This document shows, one piece after another, positions 55,341 to 64,000 of a DNA stretch of 64,000 bases. The position numbers were made by a program, and so were the translations under genes. Source of the DNA: an uncultured virus (IMG/VR IMGVR_UViG_3300035208_006940) (lineage: Duplodnaviria > Heunggongvirae > Uroviricota > Caudoviricetes); the IMG/VR virus record IMGVR_UViG_3300035208_006940; one strand, given 5' to 3'. The number at the start of each line of letters is the position of its first letter. The first letter of the stretch is position 1. The notes beneath the pieces are model-generated. The model saw only the letters and a program-made list of their open reading frames with translations, ran no database searches and was not told the DNA's origin.

Positions 55341-55795
55341 GTGTTCTGTCCCACCATGACGGTTACCGCGTCGAGGCGGACAGCATTCTCAAGGTGGGCG
55401 GGCGGGAGCTGCAGATCACGCTGGTGTTCCTTGCGGGAAATTCCGCACGTAAGGAATATCTTGTCTGGCAACACCTGGACTCGCGGCGAGCCCGCGGACA
55501 GTGGCGGCAACAACAGCTGCTCTGGGAGGCTCTTTGCCGCTATATGAACAGTGGCGGATCGCTGACAGCATTGTCCGCAATGCTGGCGGCGAAGTCGCCC
55601 GAGTTTCCCGCAGTCAGTCCACCGCCGGGCTTCTTCTTGCTGAGCACGACGTTCACGGCGGACGAGATGTTCAAGCACGCGCAGCACATCTTCGCCAATC
55701 CCGACAACGGCGTGGCGCTGGTGGTCGCAGAAGACGACTTTGCCGAGATTGTTCTGCTGGAGGACGTGTTGGACGAAGACCAGAGAGAGGGTTGA
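55340..55795 (+). CDS. Hypothetical protein (start uncertain)
   Basis: Fills the gap between neighbours in the frame of ORF 55214..55795. Confidence 0.5.
   Translation, partial: SVLSHHDGYRVEADSILKVGGRELQITLVFLAGNSARKEYLVWQHLDSRRARGQWRQQQLLWEALCRYMNSGGSLTALSAMLAAKSPEFPAVSPPPGFFLLSTTFTADEMFKHAQHIFANPDNGVALVVAEDDFAEIVLLEDVLDEDQREG
55438..55462. promoter_or_regulatory. Copy 4 of the 23-bp quasi-palindromic site
   Basis: aaattccgcacgtaaggaatatctt. Confidence 0.6.
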
Positions 55796-55797
55796 CC

Positions 55798-56670
55798 ATG
55801 CCCAGGCCGATGAGCGTAACGACTGTGCTCCGGCTGAAGGAGCATATTCAAAACGACCCGGAGATTGTGGCTTACATCGGAGTGTCTTTGGAAGGCGACG
55901 ATTTCACGGAGTTTGCCACAGCGATTCACGAGCGACTGCCCTCCTCCGTCCCCTTTCCACCGGTCTATGAGTCCCTGGCCTACCTGGCGGGCAGACCGAT
56001 CACCGCTCTCGAACTGGATGCGGCGGTCTGGCGACTGGCGGGCAACCTGCAACAGTTGCGACGGCACCACCCGGTTCATGCGTGGAATGGGCAGAGCGAA
56101 GAGGAGTGGGTCCCGTTCCAGGTCCTGGCGGTTCAGCTTCAGGCGACTCGCCGTGGCGACCTGGCCGGAGAGTTCTACTGCCAAGCTTTGGCTGGGTCTC
56201 CCTGCCCTATGATCCTGCGGAAGTTCTGGACGCGGAAGTTCTGCGCGTTCTTCGGCCGTCACCTGGGCTTCACGTCGTACCGCCGCGATCATCCTTTTCG
56301 GGACATCGGGGAGTATGTGAACCTCCGGTTCAGCGGGCTGATCGACCCCTCGCTGTGCGGACAGATGCCCGACTTCGAGAAACTGGACGTAACGGCGACG
56401 CAACTCACCTGGAACCGTCGCTACCTCGCGATGCGTTCACGCAAGGGTCACTTTCGGTGCCCACTGGACTACCCGCTGGCACACCCCTGCTACCTGTGCC
56501 CACAGGGACTGGACAGCTGCCCGGCGGCTACACACGAGCTGACGTTTCGGGAGGATTATTGCAGCGGGTGCGACAGCCAGAGCTACTACGATCCGCTGTT
56601 TCCGCAGCGGACGGTTTGCGTGAACTGTCATCAACATGAACTGATCCGCCAGCGAAAGGCGGGGGAGTGA
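55798..56670 (+). CDS. Hypothetical protein with Cys-rich C-terminal Zn-binding region
   Basis: CP..CYLC..CPAATH..CSGC..CVNC; GAGG RBS. Confidence 0.7.
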   Translation: MPRPMSVTTVLRLKEHIQNDPEIVAYIGVSLEGDDFTEFATAIHERLPSSVPFPPVYESLAYLAGRPITALELDAAVWRLAGNLQQLRRHHPVHAWNGQSEEEWVPFQVLAVQLQATRRGDLAGEFYCQALAGSPCPMILRKFWTRKFCAFFGRHLGFTSYRRDHPFRDIGEYVNLRFSGLIDPSLCGQMPDFEKLDVTATQLTWNRRYLAMRSRKGHFRCPLDYPLAHPCYLCPQGLDSCPAATHELTFREDYCSGCDSQSYYDPLFPQRTVCVNCHQHELIRQRKAGE

Positions 56671-56673
56671 ACA

Positions 56674-57457
56674 ATGAGCCAAGGCACAGCGTTGTTGCAG
56701 TTTCGACTGAGTACCAATCGCGAGGCCGGTTCCGAGACGCAAGCCACCTGGAACGAGGCGGTGACGTTGATCGGGCAGGCCCTCAAGAAGGCCCAGGTGA
56801 CCGGCCATTACCTGATTAGACCCACACGGCAGATCGCATGGGGCAAGGGAAGGTCGTTGGGAGAGATCCGTGTTGTGCGACAGGATCGCAACTCGATCCT
56901 GCTGTACGTCAAGTCAGGTAGGTCGGGAAAATGAACACAGCTGGGAGTACGCGCTGATGTGCCCCAGTGACAGCATAGACGGCGTGATGGAGTCGTTGAC
57001 CGGGCTGCTGGGAAAGCTTGTCCCCGAGGCCACGCCGGTGCCTGAGACGCCGGTGTCGGTCAGCGACGTAATCGCGCCGAGCGGTGCAGAGGTGGCCGCC
57101 CTCAAGACCAACGGGAAGGCGGCCAAGCCCGCCGTGCCTCCGGTGCCCGCCGAAGAGGACCCAGCCACGGACATGTCTTTGGGTGACATCGTCACTCGCT
57201 TCCGTTCGCTGGAAGAGGCTGCCAAGCGTATTCGCGGGAGACGCTTGGCTATCAAGGCCGTACAGGAGGAGAGGAAGGCGCTGCAGAAGCAAATCGCGCA
57301 GTTGCAGCTCAAGCTGGACCAGGTCGACGAAAAGGAGCTGCAGCTGATCTCACAGGACGACGCCGACACCGAGGCCAAGACGGCGATGGAGGCCATGAAA
57401 GCCCTACGCGGGTTTTTCACGGGGATGTCCGCCGAATTGGATCCGCAGTCGCCCTAG
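56674..57457 (+). pseudogene. Hypothetical coiled-coil protein split by a 4-bp duplication (AGGT-AGGT)
   Basis: Removing one AGGT at 56916-56923 fuses 56674..56934 and 56870..57457 (..YVKSG-RENEHSWEY..). Confidence 0.55.
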
Positions 57458-57507
57458 CATGGACATGGCCCAGTAGTCATCATTTTCAACCCACAAGGAG
57501 AGGAATC

Positions 57508-58077
57508 ATGGCGAGTGTTTGTAGTCGTTGTGGTCGTCGTGGTCCTCTGGCCAAGGATTCGGCAACGTCGACAGGGTCATCGTCGTGGTGCCGTCGTTGC
57601 AAACGAGAAGCGGTTTCGAGCTGGGCCAAATCACCGCGTGGGCGGGCAGTTCGTGCGTGGCTGTCGCTGGCCATGCGGGCTGGCAATAGGAACGGGAAAG
57701 CGCCAGCCTATGCCACAGTCGAGGTGCGAATGACTCGCGAAGAGTTTCTTGCGTGGGCTATTCCGGCTCACACGAGGTGGATGTGTCGACATCCGGGTGA
57801 ATGCCCCTCTGTCGATCGTAAGAATCCTGAAGGGCATTATGAGATTGGAAATCTTCAAATCTTGTCGCAACCTGCCAACAGTGCCAAACACCGAGAGGAT
57901 AAGAATCGTCGGGCACCTCGCGGCAAGGCGTGGTGTAGTGGGTTCTGTAAGCAGTATTTGCCTGTAGCCTGTTTCAACAAAAATCGGTCAACCGCGAACG
58001 GGCTTCAGCCCGTCTGCAGAACATGTTCCAAGGAGTTTGGTACAAGATGGAGAAGAAAAGCAAAGCTTCGCAAGTAA
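57508..58077 (+). CDS. HNH-family endonuclease with Zn-finger DNA-binding modules (free-standing homing endonuclease-like)
   Basis: SVDRKNPEGHYEIGNLQIL...ANSAK; CSRC..CRRC; CSGFC..CRTC; lower GC than flanks. Confidence 0.8.
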   Translation: MASVCSRCGRRGPLAKDSATSTGSSSWCRRCKREAVSSWAKSPRGRAVRAWLSLAMRAGNRNGKAPAYATVEVRMTREEFLAWAIPAHTRWMCRHPGECPSVDRKNPEGHYEIGNLQILSQPANSAKHREDKNRRAPRGKAWCSGFCKQYLPVACFNKNRSTANGLQPVCRTCSKEFGTRWRRKAKLRK

Positions 58078-59198
58078 GGACGTTCCCACCGCTATACAAA
58101 ACCACGGCGACGGGAAAGATTCAACGATGGCAGATCACCGTACGGCCAAACCAGGACGGAAGTGCGGACATTACTGTGTCGCAGGGCCAGGTAGATGGTG
58201 CCCAGCAACTGTACCGAGAAACCATCACCGAGGGAAAAAACACAGGAAGGGCCAACGCCACCACACCTCTGGAGCAAGCGGTTCTGGAGGCAACGGCGGA
58301 GTGGGAGAAAAAGCAATCACGGAAGCATTACGGTCTGGATGCTCAGGGCACCGAGTCGGCGGAGAAGCGGGCGCTGGCCCCGATGCTGGCCCTGCCGTAT
58401 CCCAAGCAGTTCAAGAAGGTGGACTGGTCCCATGCCTTCGCCCAGCCCAAGTACGACGGCTTTCGCTGCATCGCTCGCTGCGATGGCACGGGCAAGAACA
58501 AGAAGGTCTCGCTTGCCTCGCGCGAGGGCAAGCCGTTCATTCCCATCGGGCACATCGAAGAGGGGTTGTTGTCGCTGATGCGTGACGGGGATGTGGTGGA
58601 TGGCGAGCTGTACATCCACGGCAAGCCGCTCAACACGATCAGCTCCTACGCCAAGCGAGTCCAGGAAGGCACGGAGCTGTTGCAGTACCATCTGTACGAC
58701 TCGCCGTCCGATGACGAGTTCGAGAAGCGGTACGCGGCCCTGACGCGGATGTTTCGAGGCAAGTCCGAGTTCGGGCCGTTGCACCTGGTCGACACGGCCA
58801 AGGTCGGCAACGAAGAGGAGTTGATGCGATTCCAGGGCGAGTGCATCGAACTGGGATACGAGGGAGCCATGCTGCGGCACGGCGAAGCGGAGTACGAGGC
58901 GGGCAAGCGTTCTTCCAGCCTGCTCAAGGTGAAGACGTTCGTGGATGCGGAGTTTGCCATCGTCGGGGTCAAGGAAGGCCGGGGCACACACAAGGGGATG
59001 GCGATCTTCACCTGCATCACCGGAGACGGGTTCGAGTTCGAGGTGACTGCTCCTGGCACGCACGACGAGAAGAAGGCCGCGTGGGACGACCGCGGGACGT
59101 ACCTGGGCAAGATGCTCACTGTGAAGTTCCAGTACATGACCAAGACCGAGTCGCCGGTGCCGTTCTTGCCGGTGGCCAAGGGGATCAAGGGGGACTGA
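58047..59198 (+). CDS. lig: ATP-dependent DNA ligase with WGR-like N-terminal domain
   Basis: QPKYDGFRC, DGELY, YHLYD, EGAMLR, LLKVK; OB-fold tail LTVKFQ. Confidence 0.95.
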   Translation: MEKKSKASQVRTFPPLYKTTATGKIQRWQITVRPNQDGSADITVSQGQVDGAQQLYRETITEGKNTGRANATTPLEQAVLEATAEWEKKQSRKHYGLDAQGTESAEKRALAPMLALPYPKQFKKVDWSHAFAQPKYDGFRCIARCDGTGKNKKVSLASREGKPFIPIGHIEEGLLSLMRDGDVVDGELYIHGKPLNTISSYAKRVQEGTELLQYHLYDSPSDDEFEKRYAALTRMFRGKSEFGPLHLVDTAKVGNEEELMRFQGECIELGYEGAMLRHGEAEYEAGKRSSSLLKVKTFVDAEFAIVGVKEGRGTHKGMAIFTCITGDGFEFEVTAPGTHDEKKAAWDDRGTYLGKMLTVKFQYMTKTESPVPFLPVAKGIKGD

Positions 59199-60197
59199 AT
59201 GGGGACGCGCAAGCACACCGAGGAGTCGACCTTGTCCGTTAAGCTACGGGTCTACGTGGCAGGCAAGATCACCAAGGGTGATTGGAGAGACCGGTTGATA
59301 GGACATCGTCCGAAGTTTGACCTATGTGGCGCGGGGTTGAGCGCTTCAAACAGCTGCATGACGAGCGAGGAGGATTATGCAGAATGGCCCGAGGTACCGC
59401 TCACCCCAGATGTTCTCGGAGTCGCGGGCGTTATCTATACAGGTCCCTATTTCCTCTCCGACGACCACGGCTGTTTCCATGGTCCTAGCTCACACGGTTG
59501 TTTGCCGCTGGACCACTGCGAGGATGATCGTGTGAGAATTCGTTGCGAGGATGGCCGAAAAAAGGCGCTTCGTCACTACCGCGATCTTGTGGTGGTGAGG
59601 TGCTTGGAAGCCATCTCCGCAGCGGATCTGTTGTATGCGTGGGTAGAGAATCCCACGTGTTTCGGCACAATGGCCGAGATTGGCTTTGCGCGTGGTGCAG
59701 GCAAAGCTGTTTTCATCGCGTCGCCGGGGGCAGGATGGAACTACTGGGAAGATTTGTGGTTTGTCAGTCACCTGGCGTGCGAAGGTGGCTGGTACGACGA
59801 CCCGGTGGATGGCCTGCGCGCTGCTGTACTGTGGTGGCAGCGATCTGGATGGATTTCCCAACAGGCCGCGTTGCCTCTTGACCCGGTGGAGTCTTCTGTA
59901 CTGGCTGTGCGTAAAACCACTGCTCGCGCTGGTCCTTACAGCGTCGAAGAGCTGAAGGAGGTCTACAAGAAGGACCGGGCCAAGTATTTTGCAACCGAGC
60001 ACTGGCAGGCCGTACGCAACGCAAGGATACGAATTGCCAAAAATCGCTGCGAGAAATGCCGGAAGTACCTTGCTCGGGGCTTCTGGATACACCACCTCAA
60101 CTACGAGCGGATTGGGTGCGAGGTGGATGACGATGTTCGAGCCTGGTGCAAGGAGTGCCACGAGAAAGAGCACGGTGTTCCTCCAGGGGAGCGTTAA
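59199..60197 (+). CDS. Nucleoside 2-deoxyribosyltransferase-like domain fused to an HNH endonuclease
   Basis: VYVAGKI...AISAADLLYAW..TCFGTMAEIGFA..GKAVF; CEKC..HHLNY..CKECHEKEH. Confidence 0.75.
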   Translation: MGTRKHTEESTLSVKLRVYVAGKITKGDWRDRLIGHRPKFDLCGAGLSASNSCMTSEEDYAEWPEVPLTPDVLGVAGVIYTGPYFLSDDHGCFHGPSSHGCLPLDHCEDDRVRIRCEDGRKKALRHYRDLVVVRCLEAISAADLLYAWVENPTCFGTMAEIGFARGAGKAVFIASPGAGWNYWEDLWFVSHLACEGGWYDDPVDGLRAAVLWWQRSGWISQQAALPLDPVESSVLAVRKTTARAGPYSVEELKEVYKKDRAKYFATEHWQAVRNARIRIAKNRCEKCRKYLARGFWIHHLNYERIGCEVDDDVRAWCKECHEKEHGVPPGER

Positions 60198-60200
60198 AGC

Positions 60201-60674
60201 ATGCCGCGATACCGAGTGCTGACAACAAACGCGATGGTCACGGCGCTTTTCGCGGTCCGAGATTATTGTGACGACCTAACAGATCAGCCGTGGATCACTG
60301 TTGAGAAACTGCTGACAAGAGCGTTACAGCTGGTCGACAAAGATCAGCGACGGGCCGAGAACTCAACCAAGTTCGATGGAGCTTACTATGATCCGGCGAT
60401 TGACGATGATCGGCTCGATCGACAGATCGGGCGTGTGTTCGCTGTCATGGCGGATGGTCGCTGGCATCGACTTTCTGGGATTGCTGCTGCGACCGGCGAT
60501 TCAGAGCCTTCCGTGAGCGCCCAGCTGCGACATTTGCGAAAGGCAAAGCACGGCAGCTGGATCATCGATGTGAAGAGGGTCAACGGTCCGGGTGGTTTAT
60601 TTGCTTATCGTATGCGGAACCCGGACGGTACACGACTTCCGCCTGTACAGCCGCTACGTAGCGAAAGAAGCTGA
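60201..60674 (+). CDS. HTH DNA-binding protein
   Basis: DGRWHRLSGIAAATGDSEPSVSAQLRHLRK. Confidence 0.7.
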   Translation: MPRYRVLTTNAMVTALFAVRDYCDDLTDQPWITVEKLLTRALQLVDKDQRRAENSTKFDGAYYDPAIDDDRLDRQIGRVFAVMADGRWHRLSGIAAATGDSEPSVSAQLRHLRKAKHGSWIIDVKRVNGPGGLFAYRMRNPDGTRLPPVQPLRSERS

Positions 60675-60749
60675 GTCGCTTCTGCGACAACGAGTGAACT
60701 GGAAAACAGAAGTTCGGCTGATCTCACTCAAAACAAAGGAAAATTTTCC

Positions 60750-61472
60750 ATGGCCAAGAAAGCCAAAGCTGTTCGTACCCGTCGCGTCTCCGAGTCCACC
60801 GCGATTGCCGTCCCCCCCAGACCGCAGTTGGTGCTGGACGCCCAGCAGGTCAAGCTCGACATCCACGTTGACATGGACCGCATCGAGTCGCTGGCCCGCA
60901 ACGAGATCTCCGCGCCGCTGGAGGCCGAGCGGAGCAAAGTCATCCGCCAGCTGGACGAGGCCCGCGCCGTGCACAAGGACCTGGAGGCCCAGCTCAAGCT
61001 GTGCGCTGTGGCACTGGGACAGACCGTGAATCAGGCCCAGGCGCAGCTGGCCGCCGACACGATGGCCGCGTTCAGCGGCAAGGTGTTCAAGGTCAAGTCC
61101 GACGAGGGCGTGTGCGACGTGGACAAGCAGACCGTGACCGTCACGGTCCGCGTGGGCTACAAGTCGCAGTACTACGACAACAAGTTCGAGGGCGTGCTCT
61201 CCCATGAGGAGACGCTGCCGTTCACCACCAAGATGCGCGACCTGCTGGACCAGCTCGTGGCTCAGAGTGCCACGATCCGGGGCATCCAGACCCGCCTGGA
61301 CACCATCGGCCAGGCACTGTCCGAGGTGCCGCGCTTCGTCGCCAAGGCCGGTGACGCGTTGACCCGCAACTACCTCGAAGGCGGCTTGCAGACCGGCGAC
61401 GATGTGCTCTCGGCCATCGAGATGGTCAAGGCCTCGGTCACCGACCGTCTTCAACTGACTTGCGAGAAGTAG
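60750..61472 (+). CDS. Hypothetical protein (strong codon bias, likely highly expressed)
   Basis: AAAGGA RBS; AT-rich leader. Confidence 0.75.
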   Translation: MAKKAKAVRTRRVSESTAIAVPPRPQLVLDAQQVKLDIHVDMDRIESLARNEISAPLEAERSKVIRQLDEARAVHKDLEAQLKLCAVALGQTVNQAQAQLAADTMAAFSGKVFKVKSDEGVCDVDKQTVTVTVRVGYKSQYYDNKFEGVLSHEETLPFTTKMRDLLDQLVAQSATIRGIQTRLDTIGQALSEVPRFVAKAGDALTRNYLEGGLQTGDDVLSAIEMVKASVTDRLQLTCEK

Positions 61473-61477
61473 GCAAC

Positions 61478-62641
61478 ATGGAACTCAAGGGATCGAAACT
61501 AGCGGTCCCGCCCGAGCGCACCCCCGATTCTCAACAGGTCGGGGGTGCGCTCTTTCGTGGCGCAAGTGAAGACCGCTTCAACATTCCGGCACGTTACGAG
61601 ATCGTGCCGATTTCGCAGATGGAGGCCTTGCTGCGGAGCAACGGCGTGCTCGGTACGGACAACGACCTGATCCAGCGACAGCTGGAACAGCGTCACCCGT
61701 CCCCCACGCCGTTGGCCAGCTACCTCTACTACTACGATGGCGAGGTTCCCATCGACGCGCAAACGCTGGAACGCCAGCGAGCCCGCAACCCGCATCGCCG
61801 CTATCATCGTCGGTACGGCAGTGGCGAGGAGTCCACGGTAGAGTTCGAGGGCTGGTTGTTGTTCGAGCAGCTGTACACCGAGAACGTCAGCCCCGACACG
61901 ATCATGCAGCTGACACAGGAGTACGGGGCGTTGCTGATCCCGCAGGATCACGTGGCCCGCCTGGGCGACACGGAGCGACTGCGGTCACTGGGCTTCGTGG
62001 TGGTGAACCGCCGCTGGGACTTGGCCCAGATCAACTTCAATCCCCAGCGAACCAAGCTGGATGGCTATCGCAAGGCCGTCAAGGAGTACACGCGGCGACA
62101 GCAGAAAATCGATGATCACGTGATCGCCGCCTTCTACTACTGTCTGTCGCCTCAGCGGCACCGCAGGTCGCGTGTGTTCGACAATGTCCAAGTGCACGAG
62201 AACGAGCGAGCGGGTCCGGCCGATGTCAAGGAACTGGCAGAGCTGACGCGTAAGCTATGGCCCAAGGACTACGGTTGGTGGCGAGAGGACCTCGCCTCTT
62301 ACTACTATTGTCCGACCCGCTCAAGCCGAGCGAGCCTCACGTTCGTGGAGGCGATCAAGCAGTGCTTGCCGCTGCTGCACGCGGAAGAGGCCAAGCTTGT
62401 CAAGGAGTGGACGAAGGAGGATGGTGAAGTCATGAAGGGTGGGCTCAAGGATGACGCGCGTCGGTGGCTGTGCAAGTTCATCCGGGCCGAAGCGAAGGCA
62501 CTCGGTTTCAAGATCCCGCCCAAGCCACGGCCGCCCAAGAAAACCAAGAAACGGAGGAAGCATGCTCAGAACAGTCGGCGAACTGCGGGAAGTAATGCGA
62601 AGCTGCCTGGACACGAAGCAGCTGGTGCTGGTGGTCGATGA
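61478..62641 (+). CDS. Hypothetical protein
   Basis: Long ORF. Confidence 0.7.
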   Translation: MELKGSKLAVPPERTPDSQQVGGALFRGASEDRFNIPARYEIVPISQMEALLRSNGVLGTDNDLIQRQLEQRHPSPTPLASYLYYYDGEVPIDAQTLERQRARNPHRRYHRRYGSGEESTVEFEGWLLFEQLYTENVSPDTIMQLTQEYGALLIPQDHVARLGDTERLRSLGFVVVNRRWDLAQINFNPQRTKLDGYRKAVKEYTRRQQKIDDHVIAAFYYCLSPQRHRRSRVFDNVQVHENERAGPADVKELAELTRKLWPKDYGWWREDLASYYYCPTRSSRASLTFVEAIKQCLPLLHAEEAKLVKEWTKEDGEVMKGGLKDDARRWLCKFIRAEAKALGFKIPPKPRPPKKTKKRRKHAQNSRRTAGSNAKLPGHEAAGAGGR

Positions 62642-63161
62642 TCCTCGCGGGGTCTTCATGGCGGAGACGTTCATCGAGTGCAAGCAGGACGACGCCGCAT
62701 TGCTGCGGCTTGCGCAGGTCGACGGCCGTGAGCCGGACGGGCTCAAGAAGAAGCCCGTGCCCGCGCGACGGATCGGCACGTGCTGCATGATCTTCTGCTG
62801 CAACTGCGTGCTGCTGGGTTGGCATAAGCAGCGGCAGGGCTGGGAGTTTCCCGGTGGCGCGTTGGAGGGCGACGAGGAGGTGACCACGACGATTCGTCGT
62901 GAAGTGCAGGAGGAGACCAGTATCGAGCTTCCTCCCGCCCTCTCTTTCGAGGGTTACGACGACAGTCAGCCGGGCTGGCTGAACATGATGTTTTCGTCAC
63001 GGCTGGGGTCGTTCATCGATGTCGGGGTGTTCGAGCACAACGCGCACCGTGAGTGGCAGTGGTTCCCCTGTGCCCGCTTGCCTCGTCCGCTGAACATCAT
63101 TGCCGAGTCGGTCGTCAAGACCGGCGTGTTCTCACGGGCATCGCTCAAACAAAGGGAGTGA
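62562..63161 (+). CDS. Nudix hydrolase
   Basis: Nudix box WEFPGGALEGDEEVTTTIRREVQEETSI; GGAGG RBS. Confidence 0.85.
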   Translation: MLRTVGELREVMRSCLDTKQLVLVVDDPRGVFMAETFIECKQDDAALLRLAQVDGREPDGLKKKPVPARRIGTCCMIFCCNCVLLGWHKQRQGWEFPGGALEGDEEVTTTIRREVQEETSIELPPALSFEGYDDSQPGWLNMMFSSRLGSFIDVGVFEHNAHREWQWFPCARLPRPLNIIAESVVKTGVFSRASLKQRE

Positions 63162-63164
63162 GTG

Positions 63165-63311
63165 ATGCTTTCCGCGGCACTTCCCATTCCCATTCCACGA
63201 GCGACCTACCCGGAGTGGTTCCTGACCGTAGCCAGTCTGGCCACCGTCGCGGCGTGGGTGGTGATCGCGATGGTATTCATAGCCGTGTTTGTAGGAAAGG
63301 ACGGTGAGTAG
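63165..63311 (+). CDS. Small membrane protein (not in ORF track)
   Basis: MLSAALPIPIPRATYPEWFLTVASLATVAAWVVIAMVFIAVFVGKDGE. Confidence 0.55.
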   Translation: MLSAALPIPIPRATYPEWFLTVASLATVAAWVVIAMVFIAVFVGKDGE

Positions 63312-63536
63312 ATGAGCGACAAAACGAAGGCGGTAGCGGTTCTGCTGGTACTGGTCGCCGGGGTGTTCTTTGTCATCGGATACGTTGCAAATAACGTGGA
63401 AAGCGAGGTGCAACTGAAGGCCGACGCAGTAAGCCACGGATACGCAGATTACGTTCTGGACAGTTACGATGGTCGCATCAAGTTTCGGTGGAAGGCTGAG
63501 CGAGGCGTCGGCCGGGTCGACCCTGACCTCAAGTAG
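63312..63536 (+). CDS. Small membrane-anchored protein
   Basis: N-terminal TM; DAVSHGYA...DGRIKFRW. Confidence 0.65.
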   Translation: MSDKTKAVAVLLVLVAGVFFVIGYVANNVESEVQLKADAVSHGYADYVLDSYDGRIKFRWKAERGVGRVDPDLK

Positions 63537-63553
63537 GGAAAGGACGGAGAGTG

Positions 63554-63751
63554 ATGGACTTCATGACTGTAGTGTGGATCGGTTTTGGGGCATTTGCGTG
63601 CATTGGTGCGTTCTGTAGCGGGCACGAGCTTGGGGAAATCCACGCCCGCGAGCGAGTTCAGCGTGAGGCAGCCGCTGCTGTCGCAGGTCGGTGGGTACAA
63701 GGCAAAGACGGGCCGGAGTTCGAGTGGACGGGAAGAAAGGACGGCGAGTGA
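63554..63751 (+). CDS. Small membrane-anchored protein, probable paralog of 63312..63536
   Basis: N-terminal TM; EAAAAVAGRW..KDGPEFEW. Confidence 0.6.
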   Translation: MDFMTVVWIGFGAFACIGAFCSGHELGEIHARERVQREAAAAVAGRWVQGKDGPEFEWTGRKDGE

Positions 63752-64000
63752 TGGCGAAGAAGCCGGTTAGAAAGAAGCCCAAGAGGGTCGTGCACACGCA
63801 CCTCATCCGTTGCGAGGAGTGCGAGGCCTGTAGGATCACCCTGGAGCAACTGGAGCTACGCTGCCAGGCGAAGATCAACATTCGGCAGTGGAACACAGTA
63901 CTGCTGCAAAACCCTTGTCGCGAGTGGGACAAGCCATTGCTTCGTGCCCTGTTCAAGGTCATCCTACAGGCCAACTGCGACGTACGACCGTCCAAGTCTG
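63751..64000 (+). CDS. Hypothetical protein, 3'-truncated
   Basis: MAKKPVRKKPKRVVHTHLIRCEECEAC..., open to the window end. Confidence 0.55.
   Translation, partial: MAKKPVRKKPKRVVHTHLIRCEECEACRITLEQLELRCQAKINIRQWNTVLLQNPCREWDKPLLRALFKVILQANCDVRPSKS

Overview
GC-rich, densely coding, almost entirely plus-strand segment of a large tailed dsDNA phage genome or prophage. No housekeeping host genes, rRNA, full tRNA, integrase or CRISPR array were seen. In order: the end of a collagen-repeat structural gene with GT9 and GT2 glycosyltransferases; a ~620-nt highly base-paired non-coding region that looks like a large structured RNA; a long run of small accessory genes; a 928-aa degenerate primase-like protein; a GpA-type terminase large subunit on the minus strand; RNase H; an origin-like region (perfect 32-bp palindrome, GCGAAGC mini-hairpins, AT-rich stretch) followed by a degenerate rolling-circle Rep-like gene; a GHKL ATPase with an apparent +1 frameshift; and a full replication/recombination module (SbcD, SbcC, SF2 helicase, DnaB-like helicase, DnaG primase, UDG-PolA fusion, gp32-like acidic protein, RecA, DUF932, ATP-dependent ligase, Nudix). 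The best candidate for an undescribed system lies inside that module: an IS110/Tas-like Nop-domain protein immediately followed by a stand-alone Cas7/RAMP-like protein, a short structured intergenic segment and an SF2 helicase, with no CRISPR or TIGR array in the window. All family calls come from motif recognition by eye and are unverified by HMM or structure search. A Planctomycetota-like host is only a weak inference.
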